A stretch of DNA of 64,000 nucleotides from Octopus sinensis (lineage: Eukaryota): positions 21,576,001-21,640,000 of the forward strand of contig NC_043016.1 in assembly GCF_006345805.1 (NCBI RefSeq), read 5' to 3'. Made by a program: the position numbers and the translations under genes. Numbering within the stretch: the stretch's first letter is position 1; every line of letters starts with the position of its first letter. Below are positions 38,235 through 50,149 of this stretch, in pieces. The notes beneath the pieces are model-generated. The model saw only the letters and a list, made by a program, of their open reading frames with translations. It made no database searches and was not told the DNA's origin.

Positions 38235-40810
38235 ATCCAGGTGAAGAATGTACCCCACAACATAGACTGGTAGTTAGTGACTTTAGGATCAGGGTTAAGT
38301 GGATACCCTGAAGACGACCAGCATGGAGGAGAAGGGTCTGGAAGCTTAAAGATCCTGCAAATGAACAGAGATTTAGAGACCTATTACTCGAAGCCGTTGA
38401 CAAAATAGAAGGGGATATAGCTTCACACGGTGTAGAAGACAATTGGAGGTTTCTACGGGACAACCTGCTGAAAGCCACTGACCAGATCTGTGGATGGTGC
38501 AAAGTCCCTTCTCAACCCAAAATAACGTGGTGGTGGAACAATGTTGTAGACAGGGCTATTAGAGAAAAGAATCAGGCTTGGAAGGACTGGAAGAATGGTG
38601 GTAGCAGGGAATTGTATCAGACTGCCAGAAGGGAAGCTAGGAGGCAGGTTTATTTAGCCAGAGGGGAAGCACATAAGAAAAAATTTGCCAATGTTCTGCA
38701 CCGTAAGGACCAAAGACTTGAGCTATTTCGTGTTGCAAGACAGAGTGTGAGAGAGAATCTTGATGTAGGAGAGAAATGTGTCCGCATGGAAGATGGTTCT
38801 ATGCACTAAATGAGGCTGCAAAGAGAGAGGTTTGGAGACACCATTATGAAAGGTTGCTTAATAAAGAAAATGAATGAGAGAAAGAGAATCTGCCGAATGT
38901 CAACCCAACAGAGGACCAGCTATCTGAGTTGACAGTACCTTGGTAGATAAAGCAATTAAGAGTATGAAGACAGGGAAAGCCCCCCAGCCCATCAGGAATT
39001 ACTGCAGAGATGCTCAAAATATCTGGCAGTGTCAGCTATAGCCTAGTCACCAGTATAGTTAACCAGTGAACCCCCAATCCCTTATCTGGTGATCAATGAG
39101 GAAACTAGGGATAGATGAATGGTTAGTGAGAGCTGTGCAAACCATGTACAGAGTCGCTGTCAGTAAGGTGAGGGTTGGCAACAAGTACAGTGAAGAATTC
39201 CGGGTGGAGGTAGGGGTCCACAAAGGTTCAGTCCTTTGCCCCCTCCTATTTATCATGGTCCTCCAGACAATAACAGAGGAATTCAAGACAGGATGCCCCT
39301 GGGAGTTCCTCTATGCTCTAATTGCTGAGGCACTATCAGAACTAGAGGAGAAGTTTCAAGTGTGGAAACAAGGATTAGAATCGAAGGGCCTTAGAGTCAA
39401 TCTAGCTAAAAGCAAAGTCCTAATAAGTAGTAAGGCAGGCAAACCACAAATCCCTTCAGGTAGATGGCCCTGCTCGATCAGTAGTAGAGGCGTAGATAGA
39501 AGCTCTATAAGATGTACCCAGTGTACGCTATGGACACATAAGAGGTACAGCAATATCAAAGGATGGCTAACTAGGAAGATAGTTTTTGTATGTGGCAGAT
39601 GCTCAGAAGCAATAAACATTGAAAATGTGCAGTGAACAACTTCCGCCACGTTACAGGGAGAAAAACTAGAAGTAGTTGATATCTTCCGTTACCAAGGTGA
39701 CCAAGTCAGTAGCGGGTGAGGGTGCACTGAAAGTGTAGCTGCTAGAATAAGAATGGTCTGGGCAAAGTTCAGAGAGCTCTTACCGCTGCTGGTGACAAAG
39801 GGACTCTCGCTCAGAGTAAAAGGTAGACTGCATGTGTATGATCAGCAATGCTACATGGCAATGAAACATGGCCGTGACTGCTGAGGACATGTGTAAGCTT
39901 GCGAGGAATGAAGCTAGTATGCTCTGATGGATGTGTAATATCAGTGTGCATACTCGACAGAGTATTAGTGCCTTGAGAAAAAAGTTGGACCTAAGAAGCA
40001 TCAGATGTGGTGTGCAAGAGAGACGACTGTGCGGGTATGGCCATGTGGTGAGAATGAATGAGGATAGCTGTGTGAAAAAGTTCCACACCCTAGTGGTTGA
40101 GGGAACCTGTTGAAGAGATAGACCCAGTAAGACCTGGGATGAGGTGCTGAAGCATGACCTTCAAACATTGGGACTCACCAAGACAATGACTAGTGACCGG
40201 GATCTTTGGAAATATGCTGTGCTTGAGAAGACTCGGCAAGCCCAAGTAAGATCATAACCTCATGGAATATGCCAGGGGTGTAACCAGCCCACTTATGTGT
40301 ACCTTTCCTTCATTGGACACTAAACTCTAATTGTGATGACCTATGAGGCAAGTGAGATCGAAATCAAATTCAATAACTGGCATCTGTGCTAGTGGAGCGC
40401 TAAGAGTACCATCCGAGCGTGATCGTTGCCAGAGCAACAAACTTGCCTCCGTGCCGGTGGCATGTAAAAAGCACCATTCAAGCATGATCGTTACCTGCAT
40501 TGCCTTACTGGCACTTGAAAAGACATTTGAGCAAGGTCGTTGCCAGTGCCGCTGGACTGGCTCCTGTGCAGGTGGCACATAAAAAGCACTATTTGAGCGT
40601 GGAAATTGCCAGTATTGCTTGACTGGCCCTTGTGCCCGTGGCATGTAAAGGCACCCACTACACTCTCAGAGTTGTTGGCATTAGGAAGGACATCCAACTG
40701 TAAAAACTCTGCCAGATCAGATTGGAGTCTGGTGCAGCCATTTGGTTTGCCAGACCTCAGTCAAATCGTCGAACCCATACTAGAATGGAAAGTGGACATT
40801 AAGCAATGAT
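38235..40810 (+). mobile_element. RTE-clade LINE, long degenerate copy with internal deletion, 3' UTR and (ATG)n tail
   Basis: ORF fragments 38612, 39096 (VLCPLLFIMVL, KGLRVNLAKSKVL) and 39931. Confidence 0.9.
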
Positions 40811-40950
40811 GATGATGATATATATATATACACATATAGATTATTATATCATACCTTGACACTGTGTGGACTAAGATTCATGGTGACAGGACGCTGGTAT
40901 TTATAGACTGATAAAAACTTTTGGCATGCAAATTAGGGACCCCTTCATAC

Positions 40951-41007
40951 CCTAACTGCTGCATTTCTTGAGTATATAAATAATTTGGTTGCTTGTTTCC
41001 CTCGAGA
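40951..41007 (-). CDS. Candidate exon D (LEGNKQPNYLYTQEMQQL)
   Basis: ttctgttAG acceptor, GTATGA donor, 57 nt, open in phase 2 to 2 (also open in phase 0). Confidence 0.4.
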
Positions 41008-41704
41008 CTAACAGAATGATGTAGACACTTCTGATGAAAACTCAATAAGGTCCAAAAATCATTTTTTCAGTCTGTACATTAGATACATATATACATACAT
41101 ATATATACACACACACACATATATATGTAAATATATATACATACATACATATACATATATATATACATACATATATACACACATATATATGCATACCAAT
41201 ACCAATATACATACATTATATATCATGTGACTGGTGTTCGGCCAAGACTGTTCTTTCTTTCTTGGTCTGGCCGTTGTCCGCACGACATCGATATTCCTTC
41301 GTGTTTGTGAAATCTTGTATCCCTGCCATAAGGCTTTATTTCCACACACACCAACTTAATTTAATCTGTCCTTATTTGAAAGACACCTGTTGTTATTATT
41401 TTTATTGTATTTGTGTAATATTGTTCCTTTTTTTCCATCCTTGTTTTTGTATACATTCACTGCTTTCTTCTAAGGAATCTAATGCTCTTAGATTAGTTTT
41501 TCCTTGGGACTGGCCAGAGTGGAGCAATCTGTAGTATAATCAGCTAAAATTGGGTAGATAACTTAGTACTCGACCGAAGAAAGAAAACTTTGAATGACCC
41601 GTCATTGGTTTCTTTGTATCGTCTATCAGGTTGTTTCGTTGTCTCATTTTTGCAGCATCTAACTGTCCGGGTGTTTTGCGTTCGTGTCCCATTTTGTATT
41701 TTTT

Positions 41705-41734
41705 ATATCTATATATGCATATATACATGCATGC

Positions 41735-41772
<38 letters not shown>

Positions 41773-42049
41773 TATACATACATATAATACTATACATACA
41801 TATATACATACATATAATATACATACATATATATATACATATATATATATATACATATATATATACATATAATATATATATATACATAATATATATCATA
41901 TACATACATACATATATATATACATATATATTACTTACAATATATATATACATACATATATATATATACATACATATATATATATATATACATACATATA
42001 TATATACATACATATATATATATATATATATACATACATATATATATAT

Positions 42050-42080
<31 letters not shown>

Positions 42081-42583
42081 CATACATATATATATACATA
42101 TATATACATACATATATATATACATATATATACATATATATATATACATATATATATATGATAAACATATTATATATACATACATATATATATATACATA
42201 CATATATATATATACATACATTATATATATAATATATTATACATTAATATATATATAACATACATATATATATTACATACATATATATATATACATACCT
42301 ATAATACATACATATATATATACATACATATATTATATACATATACATATATATATACATACATATATATATACATATATATATATACATATATATATAT
42401 ACATACATATATATATACATACATTTATATATACATACATATATATTACATATATATATATATACATACATATATATATACATATATATATACATACATA
42501 TATATATACATACATATATATATACATATATATATACATACATATATATATACATATATATATACATACATATATATATACAT
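41705..42583. repeat. (TA)n/(TACA)n microsatellite expanse
   Basis: Direct inspection. Confidence 0.95.
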
Positions 42584-42754
42584 AAAATAATAGTTATCGC
42601 CATACTAATATGGCATTCTTATAAAAATAAGAAAAAAGCTGTCCGCTTATTAGCTCCATGAGGCCATCGCCTTAAGTTAGCTATTTTATACACAAACTGT
42701 ATCCATATAACCTTCGAACAAGGGAGGTCAGTCGCTCCACACTACTTGACCGCA

Positions 42755-42795
42755 GCTACAGACGCGTTTCGGGGTATTGCCCTTTTCAATGCAGC
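42755..42795 (-). ncRNA. Minimal type I hammerhead ribozyme, U3:A8 variant
   Basis: Reverse complement motif; stem II GGG/CCCC (homopolymer variant). Confidence 0.75.
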
Positions 42796-43114
42796 GTAGC
42801 CAGCCAGTAGGTGTCGCTTCCGACAATCTCTGTTCGATGGTTTTATTTACCTAGTTTCGGTGGAATACATCCACTTGTTTTCAATAATAGAAATATTAAA
42901 ATAACTAAGTCTCTCTAAAAAGAACAGCGGCAGCGTTCCCGGAAAATAATAGTTATCGCCATACTAATATGGCATTCTTATAAAAATAAGAAAAAAGCTG
43001 TCCGCTTATTAGCTCCATGAGGCCATCGCCTTAAGTTAGCTATTTGATACACAAACTGTATCCATATAACCTTCGAACAAGGGAGGTCAGTCGCTCCACA
43101 CTACTTGACCGGCA

Positions 43115-43156
43115 GCTACAGACGCGTTTCGGGGTATTGCCCCTTTTCAATGCAGC
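43115..43156 (-). ncRNA. Minimal type I hammerhead ribozyme, U3:A8 variant
   Basis: Reverse complement motif with a perfect GGGG-CAATA-CCCC stem II. Confidence 0.8.
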
Positions 43157-43590
43157 GTATTTACCTAGTTTCGGTGGAATACATCCACTTGTTTTCAATA
43201 ATAGAAATATTAAAATAACTAAGTCCCTCTAAAAGAGAACAGCGGCAGCGTTCCCGGAAAATAATAGTTATTGCCGGTCAAGTAGTGTGGAGAGACTGAC
43301 CTCCCTTGTTCGAAGGTTATATGGATACAGTTTGTGTATCAAATAGCTAACTTAAGGCGATGGCCTCATGGAGCTAATAAGCGGACAGCTTTTTCTTATT
43401 TTTATAAGAATGCCATATTAGTATGGCGATAACTATTATTTTCCGGGAACGCTGCCGCTGTTCTCTTTTAGAGAGACTTAGTTATTTTAATATTTCTATT
43501 ATTGAAAACAAGTGGATGTATTCCACCGAAACTAGGTAAATAAAACCATCGAACAGAGATTGTCGGAAGCGACACCTACTGGCTGGCTAC

Positions 43591-43631
43591 GCTGCATTGA
43601 AAAGGGGCAATACCCGAAACGCGTCTGTAGC
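43591..43631 (+). ncRNA. Minimal type I hammerhead ribozyme, U3:A8 variant
   Basis: GCTGCA-TTGAAAA-GGGGCAATACCC-GAAA-CGCG-TC-TGTAGC: stem I GCUGCA/UGUAGC, stem II G/C hairpin, palindromic stem III ACGCGU, GUC cleavage after 43625. Confidence 0.8.
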
Positions 43632-43946
43632 TGCCGTCAAGTAGTGTGGAGCGATTGACCTCCCTTGTTCGAAGGTTATATGGATACAGTTTGTGTATCA
43701 AATAGCTAACTTAAGGCGATGGCCTCATGGAGCTAATAAGTGGACAGCTTTTTCTTATTTTTATAAGAATGCCATATTAGTATGGCGATAACTATTATTT
43801 TCCGGGAACGCTGCCGCTGTTCTTTTAGAGAGACTTAGTTATTTTATATTTCTATTATTGAAAACAAGTGGATGTATTCCACCGAAACTAGGTAAATAAA
43901 ACCATCGAACAGAGATTGGCGGAAGCGACACCTACTGGCTGGCTAC

Positions 43947-43987
43947 GCTGCATTGAAAAGGGGCAATACCCGAAACGCGTCTGTAGC
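43947..43987 (+). ncRNA. Minimal type I hammerhead ribozyme, U3:A8 variant
   Basis: Identical motif 356 nt downstream; predicted cleavage after 43981. Confidence 0.8.
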
Positions 43988-44218
43988 TGCCGGTCAAGTA
44001 GTGTGGAGCGACTGACCTCCCTTGTTCGAAGGTTATATGGATACAGTTTGTGTATCAAATAGCTAACTTAAGGCGATGGCCTCATGGAGCTAATAAGCGG
44101 ACAGCTTTTTTCTTATTTTTATAAGAATGCCATATTAGTATGGCGATAACTATTATTTTCCGGGAACGCTGCCGCTGTTCTCTTTTAGAGAGACTTAGTT
44201 ATTTTAATATTTCTATTA

Positions 44219-44366
44219 TATATACATATATATATACATACATATATATATATATACATACATATATATATATACATACATATATATATATATATACATA
44301 CATATATATATATATATACATATATATACCTACATACATATATATATATATACCTACATACATATA

Positions 44367-44398
<32 letters not shown>

Positions 44399-44549
44399 CA
44401 TATATATATACATATACATACATATATATATACATACATACATATATAGATACATATACATACATATATATATACATACATACATATATATATACATATA
44501 CATACATATATATATACATATATATATACATATACATACATATACATAC

Positions 44550-44583
<34 letters not shown>

Positions 44584-44718
44584 TATTACTATACATATAT
44601 ATACATATATATATATATACATATATATACATACATATATATACCATACAATATATATATACATATATATATATATATAATATATATACATACTATATAT
44701 ACATACATATATACATAC

Positions 44719-44751
<33 letters not shown>

Positions 44752-45691
44752 CATATATATAAAACATATATATACATACATATACATACATACATATACA
44801 TACATACATATACAACATATATATACATACATATATATACATATATATATATATATACATATATATACATAATATATATATACATATATATATATATACA
44901 TATATATATATACATATATATACATACATATATATATATATATATATACATATATATACATACATATATATATATACATAATATATATACATATATATAC
45001 ATAAATATATATATACAATATATATACACATATATATACATACATATATATATACATATATATATACACATATATAACATACATATATATATATACATAT
45101 ATATATATACATACATATATATTATACATATATATATACATACATATATAATATATATAATATATATATATACATACACATATATATATATATATACATA
45201 TATAATAACATACATTATATATATATACATATATATACATACATATCTATATATATATATACATATATATACATACATATATATATATATACATATATAC
45301 ATACATTATATATATATAAATATATATACATACATATATATATACATATATATACATACATATATATATATATACATATATATACATACATATAATATAT
45401 ATATACATATATATATAATACATATAACTAACATATATATATATACATATATATACTAAATATATATATATATACATATTATACATACATATATATATAT
45501 ATATACATATATATACATACATATATATATATACATATATATACATACATATATATATATATTACATATATATACATACATATATATATATATACATATA
45601 TACATACATATATATATATATACATGTATAATATATATATATACATATATATACATACATATATATATATATATATACATATATATAATAC

Positions 45692-45722
<31 letters not shown>

Positions 45723-45875
45723 CATATATATACATACATATATATATATACATATATATACATACATATATAATAACATATATACATACATATATATATA
45801 TATATATACATACATATATATATATACATACATATACATACATATATATATATACACATATAAATACATACATAC
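44219..45875. repeat. (TA)n/(TACA)n microsatellite expanse, ~1.65 kb
   Basis: Direct inspection. Confidence 0.95.
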
Positions 45876-45877
45876 GT

Positions 45878-46600
45878 ACGACCAAGTCAGTAGCAGAGGT
45901 GGATGCACAGAGAGTATCACCACTAGAATATGAATAGCCGGGGCAAAGTTCAGAAAGCTCCTACCCCTACTGGCGACAAAGGGTCTCTCCCTCAGAGCGA
46001 AAGGTAGATTGTATGATGCATGTGTGCGAACTGCCATGCTTCACGGTAATGAAACATGGGTTGTGACTGCAGAGGACATGCGTAGACTTGAAAGAAATGA
46101 AGCTAGCATGATCCGCTGGATGTGTAGTGTCAGTGTGCACGCACGACAGAGTGTAAGCATCCTGAGAGAAATGCTGGATATAAGAAGCATCAGATGTGGG
46201 TGCAAGAGCGACACTTGCGATGGTATGGTCATGTGCTGCGGATGGATGAAGAGAGATGTGTGAAGAAGTGCCACTCCCAAACAGTTGAAGGTATCAGGGG
46301 GAGAGGTAGACCCAGGAAGACATGGGATGAGGTAGTCAAGCATGACCTCAGAGCATTGGGCCTCACTGAGGCAATGGCGAAGGACCGAGATCTCTGGAGA
46401 TATGCTGTGACTGCAAAGACCCGGGCTGCTTCCTGCATCAGTTCCACATAGCCCCTGCCCATTCAAAGTACCCCGGATCCCAGATCGTCCCGCTGTGCCT
46501 GAGGAGACCTGTTGAGTCAAGTACATGAACATGAACGTCGAAATAAATATCAATGGAAATAGGGGTTATGATGCCTGTGCCGGTGGCACATAAAAAGTAC
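45878..46600 (+). mobile_element. RTE-clade LINE 3' fragment
   Basis: [33 protein letters not shown]. Confidence 0.88.
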
Positions 46601-46604
46601 TATC

Positions 46605-47380
46605 CGAATGTGGGACACCACTGCTGACTTTGGCTGGGCTGGATTTGACTCCTTCGACTACAACATGTTGGGTTCTGTTAGACAGGAAGCACTTGATCCA
46701 CTGCAGCAGCTTTCCAGTGACACCAATATTGGACAGCTTTCTCAGAAGGATCTTATGATCAACGCTGTCAAAGGCCTTGCTGAAATCAAGGTAGATGACA
46801 TCAGTGTTGGAACCTTCCCAAGGCTCTCAAAATGTCATCAAAATGATGCAGTAGCTGCGTCAGGCAATCTCTCCCATTACGGAATCCATGCTGGTTGGGG
46901 TTCAGCATATTATGACTCTCAAGGAAGTGAGTCATACATGATCTCAGCACCCTCTCAAATACCTTGATGATATGAGAGGTGAGTGAGATTGGACGGTAAT
47001 TCACGGCAAGCGATTTGTTTCCTTTTTTGAAAACTGGGACAACAGACTGGGATAGAAGGTCTTCTGGTATATATCCAGCATCCAGTGAGTTCCGCCACAG
47101 ATTGGCTAGAGGGGGTGCAAGTTGGTTTTGACACATCTTCAAGACACAAGCAGGGAACCTATCGGGACCTACTGCTGAATTATGCTTCATTTTCTTTATT
47201 GCTGCTAAGACATCAGAAGCGCCAAATGTTATGTCCGATAAAGTGTATTGGGGAGTAAATCACTGATACAGCCCAGATCAGTCATATCAGGATTGCTGAA
47301 AACAGAGCAATATTGTTCTGCAATATCTCTCCCATGGTTTTGGCATTGTCTTGAAGAGTACCATTTTCATCAATCAGAGG
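46605..47380 (-). mobile_element. CR1-group LINE RT fragment
   Basis: SAVGPD..VVPVFKKG..NYRPISLTSHIIKVFER..NQHGFRNGRDCLTQLL, then DFSKAFDSVDH. Confidence 0.88.
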
Positions 47381-47449
47381 GCAACGGTACCACTGGTATT
47401 TGAGTACTCTTTTTTCCACCTTGTTTCACATTTATGTGTTTACTCGGTT

Positions 47450-47642
47450 TATATATATATACATATATACACATATATATATATATACACACACACACAT
47501 ATATATATACATATATGCATATATATATACATATGTGCATATATATATACATATATATATATACATATATATATTATATATATATTATATATATATATGT
47601 ATATATGTATGTATGTATATACATATATATATATATATATAT
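47450..47642. repeat. (TA)n microsatellite at the Penelope element 3' end
   Basis: Direct inspection. Confidence 0.9.
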
Positions 47643-47659
47643 GAAAAAACAAGTCAAAA

Positions 47660-49275
47660 ATAGAAAATGCTAAGATAATTTTATAGTGAATCTTTCAGTA
47701 CCGGTTTCGTCATTTTGAGACCTTTTCAACTGTAACGATTAAATAATTAAATTTAGAAAAATTAGAAGAAAAGTTTTTTTAAAAGAATATTTCTATAGTA
47801 GTGTTCAGATATAAGTAGCATTCTGCTTTCTCTGACTCCCTTGTTTGCACTTGTGTGTCGAGGTCGTTGTGAGTTCTTGGTAGGGTAGGTGAAGAATAAG
47901 GAGCTGATGTGGAGAGGGGGTGGGGAAATCTGGGAATGCCTTGATGGTCGTATTATGAATGGTCAGTGGCTGACAGCAGTCGCAGTTCGATTCAGGAATT
48001 ATTTATGGAATTTGCGTAGGCGTTATACTGAAAGACATTAGTGACAAGGTTAAGGGGTGGAGGTGGAGAAGTAGAGGAAGAGAGAATAGAGAAGATAAGA
48101 TGACGATGTTGATGATGATGATGATGAAGAAGAGGAGAAGGAGAAGATGATGGTGATGATGGTGGTGATGATGATGACGACGATGATGATGATAATGATG
48201 ATGATGAAGAAGAAGAGAAGAAGAGAAGAAAAAAAACAGAGAAGGGAGAATATGAATGGGTGAAGTATAGCTGTGATGGGGTGATTAGTAATGGATTTAT
48301 GGAGTGTAATATTTGTGTGTGTATATATTTCTTTTATTCTAAAGTTGAGGTATATTAATTGTTTGTCGTAGACCATTAAGAAGTGGCTTGTATTTTGTAA
48401 TAAAGAGATTTTCTTTACTTATTCGTTGTCTCGAGGTGTATCGTCCCTAAATTGTAGAGGGGGAAAATCCTGAAGTTTGGTGTGTTTTTTGTTGGCGCAA
48501 GTATCTATGTGTTGGCTAAAAGCTTTTTTTCTGTTTTGGGGAATTTTTATCTGGTATCTGTGCAGGGCCATTCGTTTACGCAAACCATTTTTTGTTTGGC
48601 CTATGTACTGCTCTTGACACCCGGAGCAGGTTAGTGAGTATATTAGGTTCTCCGAAGCACATGTGAAGTTGCTTTTCACTGTAAACCGTTGTCCCTGTTT
48701 GAAGGAGAACTCTGATCCCTCAATTAGATAGTCGCATATCCCGCAATTGGGTCTTCCACATTTTTTACTGTCGCCTTCTGTGTTGAAGAGTGAATTCGGG
48801 CTTGTGTTAGGAGACTTTTCATGGATCTAGGCTGTCTTTGCTTTTTATGATCGTGTGTGTTTGGAGGATTGTGTTCATTCTGTGGTCTTTTTTTAGGAGG
48901 GGTATGTTGTGGAGGATGGTGCCGAAGGCTTCGTTATTGAGGAGGGTTGTGTGTGGAGATGTATGGTAAGGCTTTTGGTTGTAAGTTTTTCTTTGATTTG
49001 GGATGTCTCAGTTCCTTGATGTTAAGTTGAAGGGCACGTTGAATGCACTTGTCAATAAGTGAAGGTGGATAGTTCCTGGTGATAAGGGTATCTTTTAGTT
49101 CTTGTAGTCGTGTGTCTCTGGTGTTTGCGTTAGAGACTATAGTGCATATCTTTTTGCTAGATTGAAGGGGATATTCATCCTGGTGTGTCTGGGGTGGCAT
49201 GAATTGAATGGAAGATATTGCTTAGAGTCTGTAGGCTTATAGTATATGTCTGTTTCTATTATATTATTAGCTTTC
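47660..49275 (-). mobile_element. Penelope-like retroelement, 3' part (RT C-terminus plus GIY-YIG endonuclease, frameshifted)
   Basis: [46 protein letters not shown] and FTCASENLIYSLTCSGCQEQYIGQT...RMALHR are typical Penelope motifs; downstream hammerhead. Confidence 0.9.
47693..47735 (-). ncRNA. Hammerhead motif in the Penelope-like terminal region
   Basis: Reverse complement CAG-TTGAAAA-G-GTC TCAAAAT GAC-GAAA-CCGG-TA-CTG; palindromic ACCGGT stem III, GUA triplet. Confidence 0.65.
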
Positions 49276-49541
49276 TTAATACATACATATATGCATATAT
49301 ATATATATATATTGGCCTGCTCGCTTAGCCAGTGGGGTGGCGTCATTCGAAGACTAAAACAATGCAAACACATTGTGACCAGCGATGTGTTGCAACATCT
49401 GATGGTCTGGTCAGTCACGTGATCACGTGATATATATATATATATACATACATATATGCATATATATATATATATATACATACATATATGCATATATATA
49501 TACATACATATATGCATATATATATACATACATATATGCAT

Positions 49542-49575
<34 letters not shown>

Positions 49576-50120
49576 GAAGAAATCCGGGGTAGAGGTAGAC
49601 CCAGGAAGACATGTGATGAGGTGGTCAAGCATCACCTTCGAACGTTGGGCCTCACAGAGGCAATGACGAAAGACCGAGACTTTGGAGATATGCTGTGACT
49701 GCAAAGACCTGACAAATAACGTGAGTTCATGGCTGTTTCCTGCACCAGTTTCACATAGCAACCCCAGCCTATCCAAAGTACCTTGGATCACAGAACGGCC
49801 TGCTGTGCTTTCCTTGGATCGTAGGGTGACCTGCTGTGCATGAGGAGGCCTATTGAGTCAAATACATCAACATCATAATAAAAAATCCAATGGAAATTGT
49901 AGTTGAGATACTTCTGATGGTGGCACGTAAAAAGCACCATCTGAACGAGGTGATGCCAGCACCACTTTAACTGACTTCCGTGCCGGAGTTGGTGTTAGAA
50001 AGGGCATCCAGCTGTAAAAACACTGCCAGATCAGACTGGAGCCTGTTGCAGTCTCCTGGCTTCCCAGATCCAGGTGGAACCGTCCAACCCATGCTAGCAT
50101 GGAAAACGGACGTTAAATGA
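49576..50120. mobile_element. RTE LINE 3' pieces in both orientations
   Basis: [24 protein letters not shown] (+) and a 3' UTR with (ATG)n tail (-). Confidence 0.7.
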
Positions 50121-50149
50121 TGATGATGATATATATATATGTATATATA

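Larger units (their letters stand above)
42584..44218. mobile_element. Retrozyme-like / non-autonomous Penelope-type array: ~356-bp monomer, ~1.9 copies minus sense then ~2.6 copies plus sense
   Basis: Near-identical tandem units starting at 42584, 42943 and 43258, inversion at 43271/43272, hammerhead motif in each unit, no meaningful ORF. Confidence 0.85.

Noticed and set aside
41230-41700. Possible additional hammerhead in the repeat fragments left of the microsatellite
   Set aside because: CGAAAC is present on the minus strand but no matching core or stem I could be built
42584-44218. CRISPR-like or tRNA/rRNA array interpretation
   Set aside because: Units are fully repeated with no unique spacers, the context is eukaryotic, and no cloverleaf or rRNA similarity is evident
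44140-46037. Long ORFs (439, 351, 237 aa) rich in Y/I/H/M/C/V
   Set aside because: Translation artefacts of stop-poor TA/TACA microsatellite; the same applies to ORFs at 41540-42603, 17439-17878 and 37954-38263
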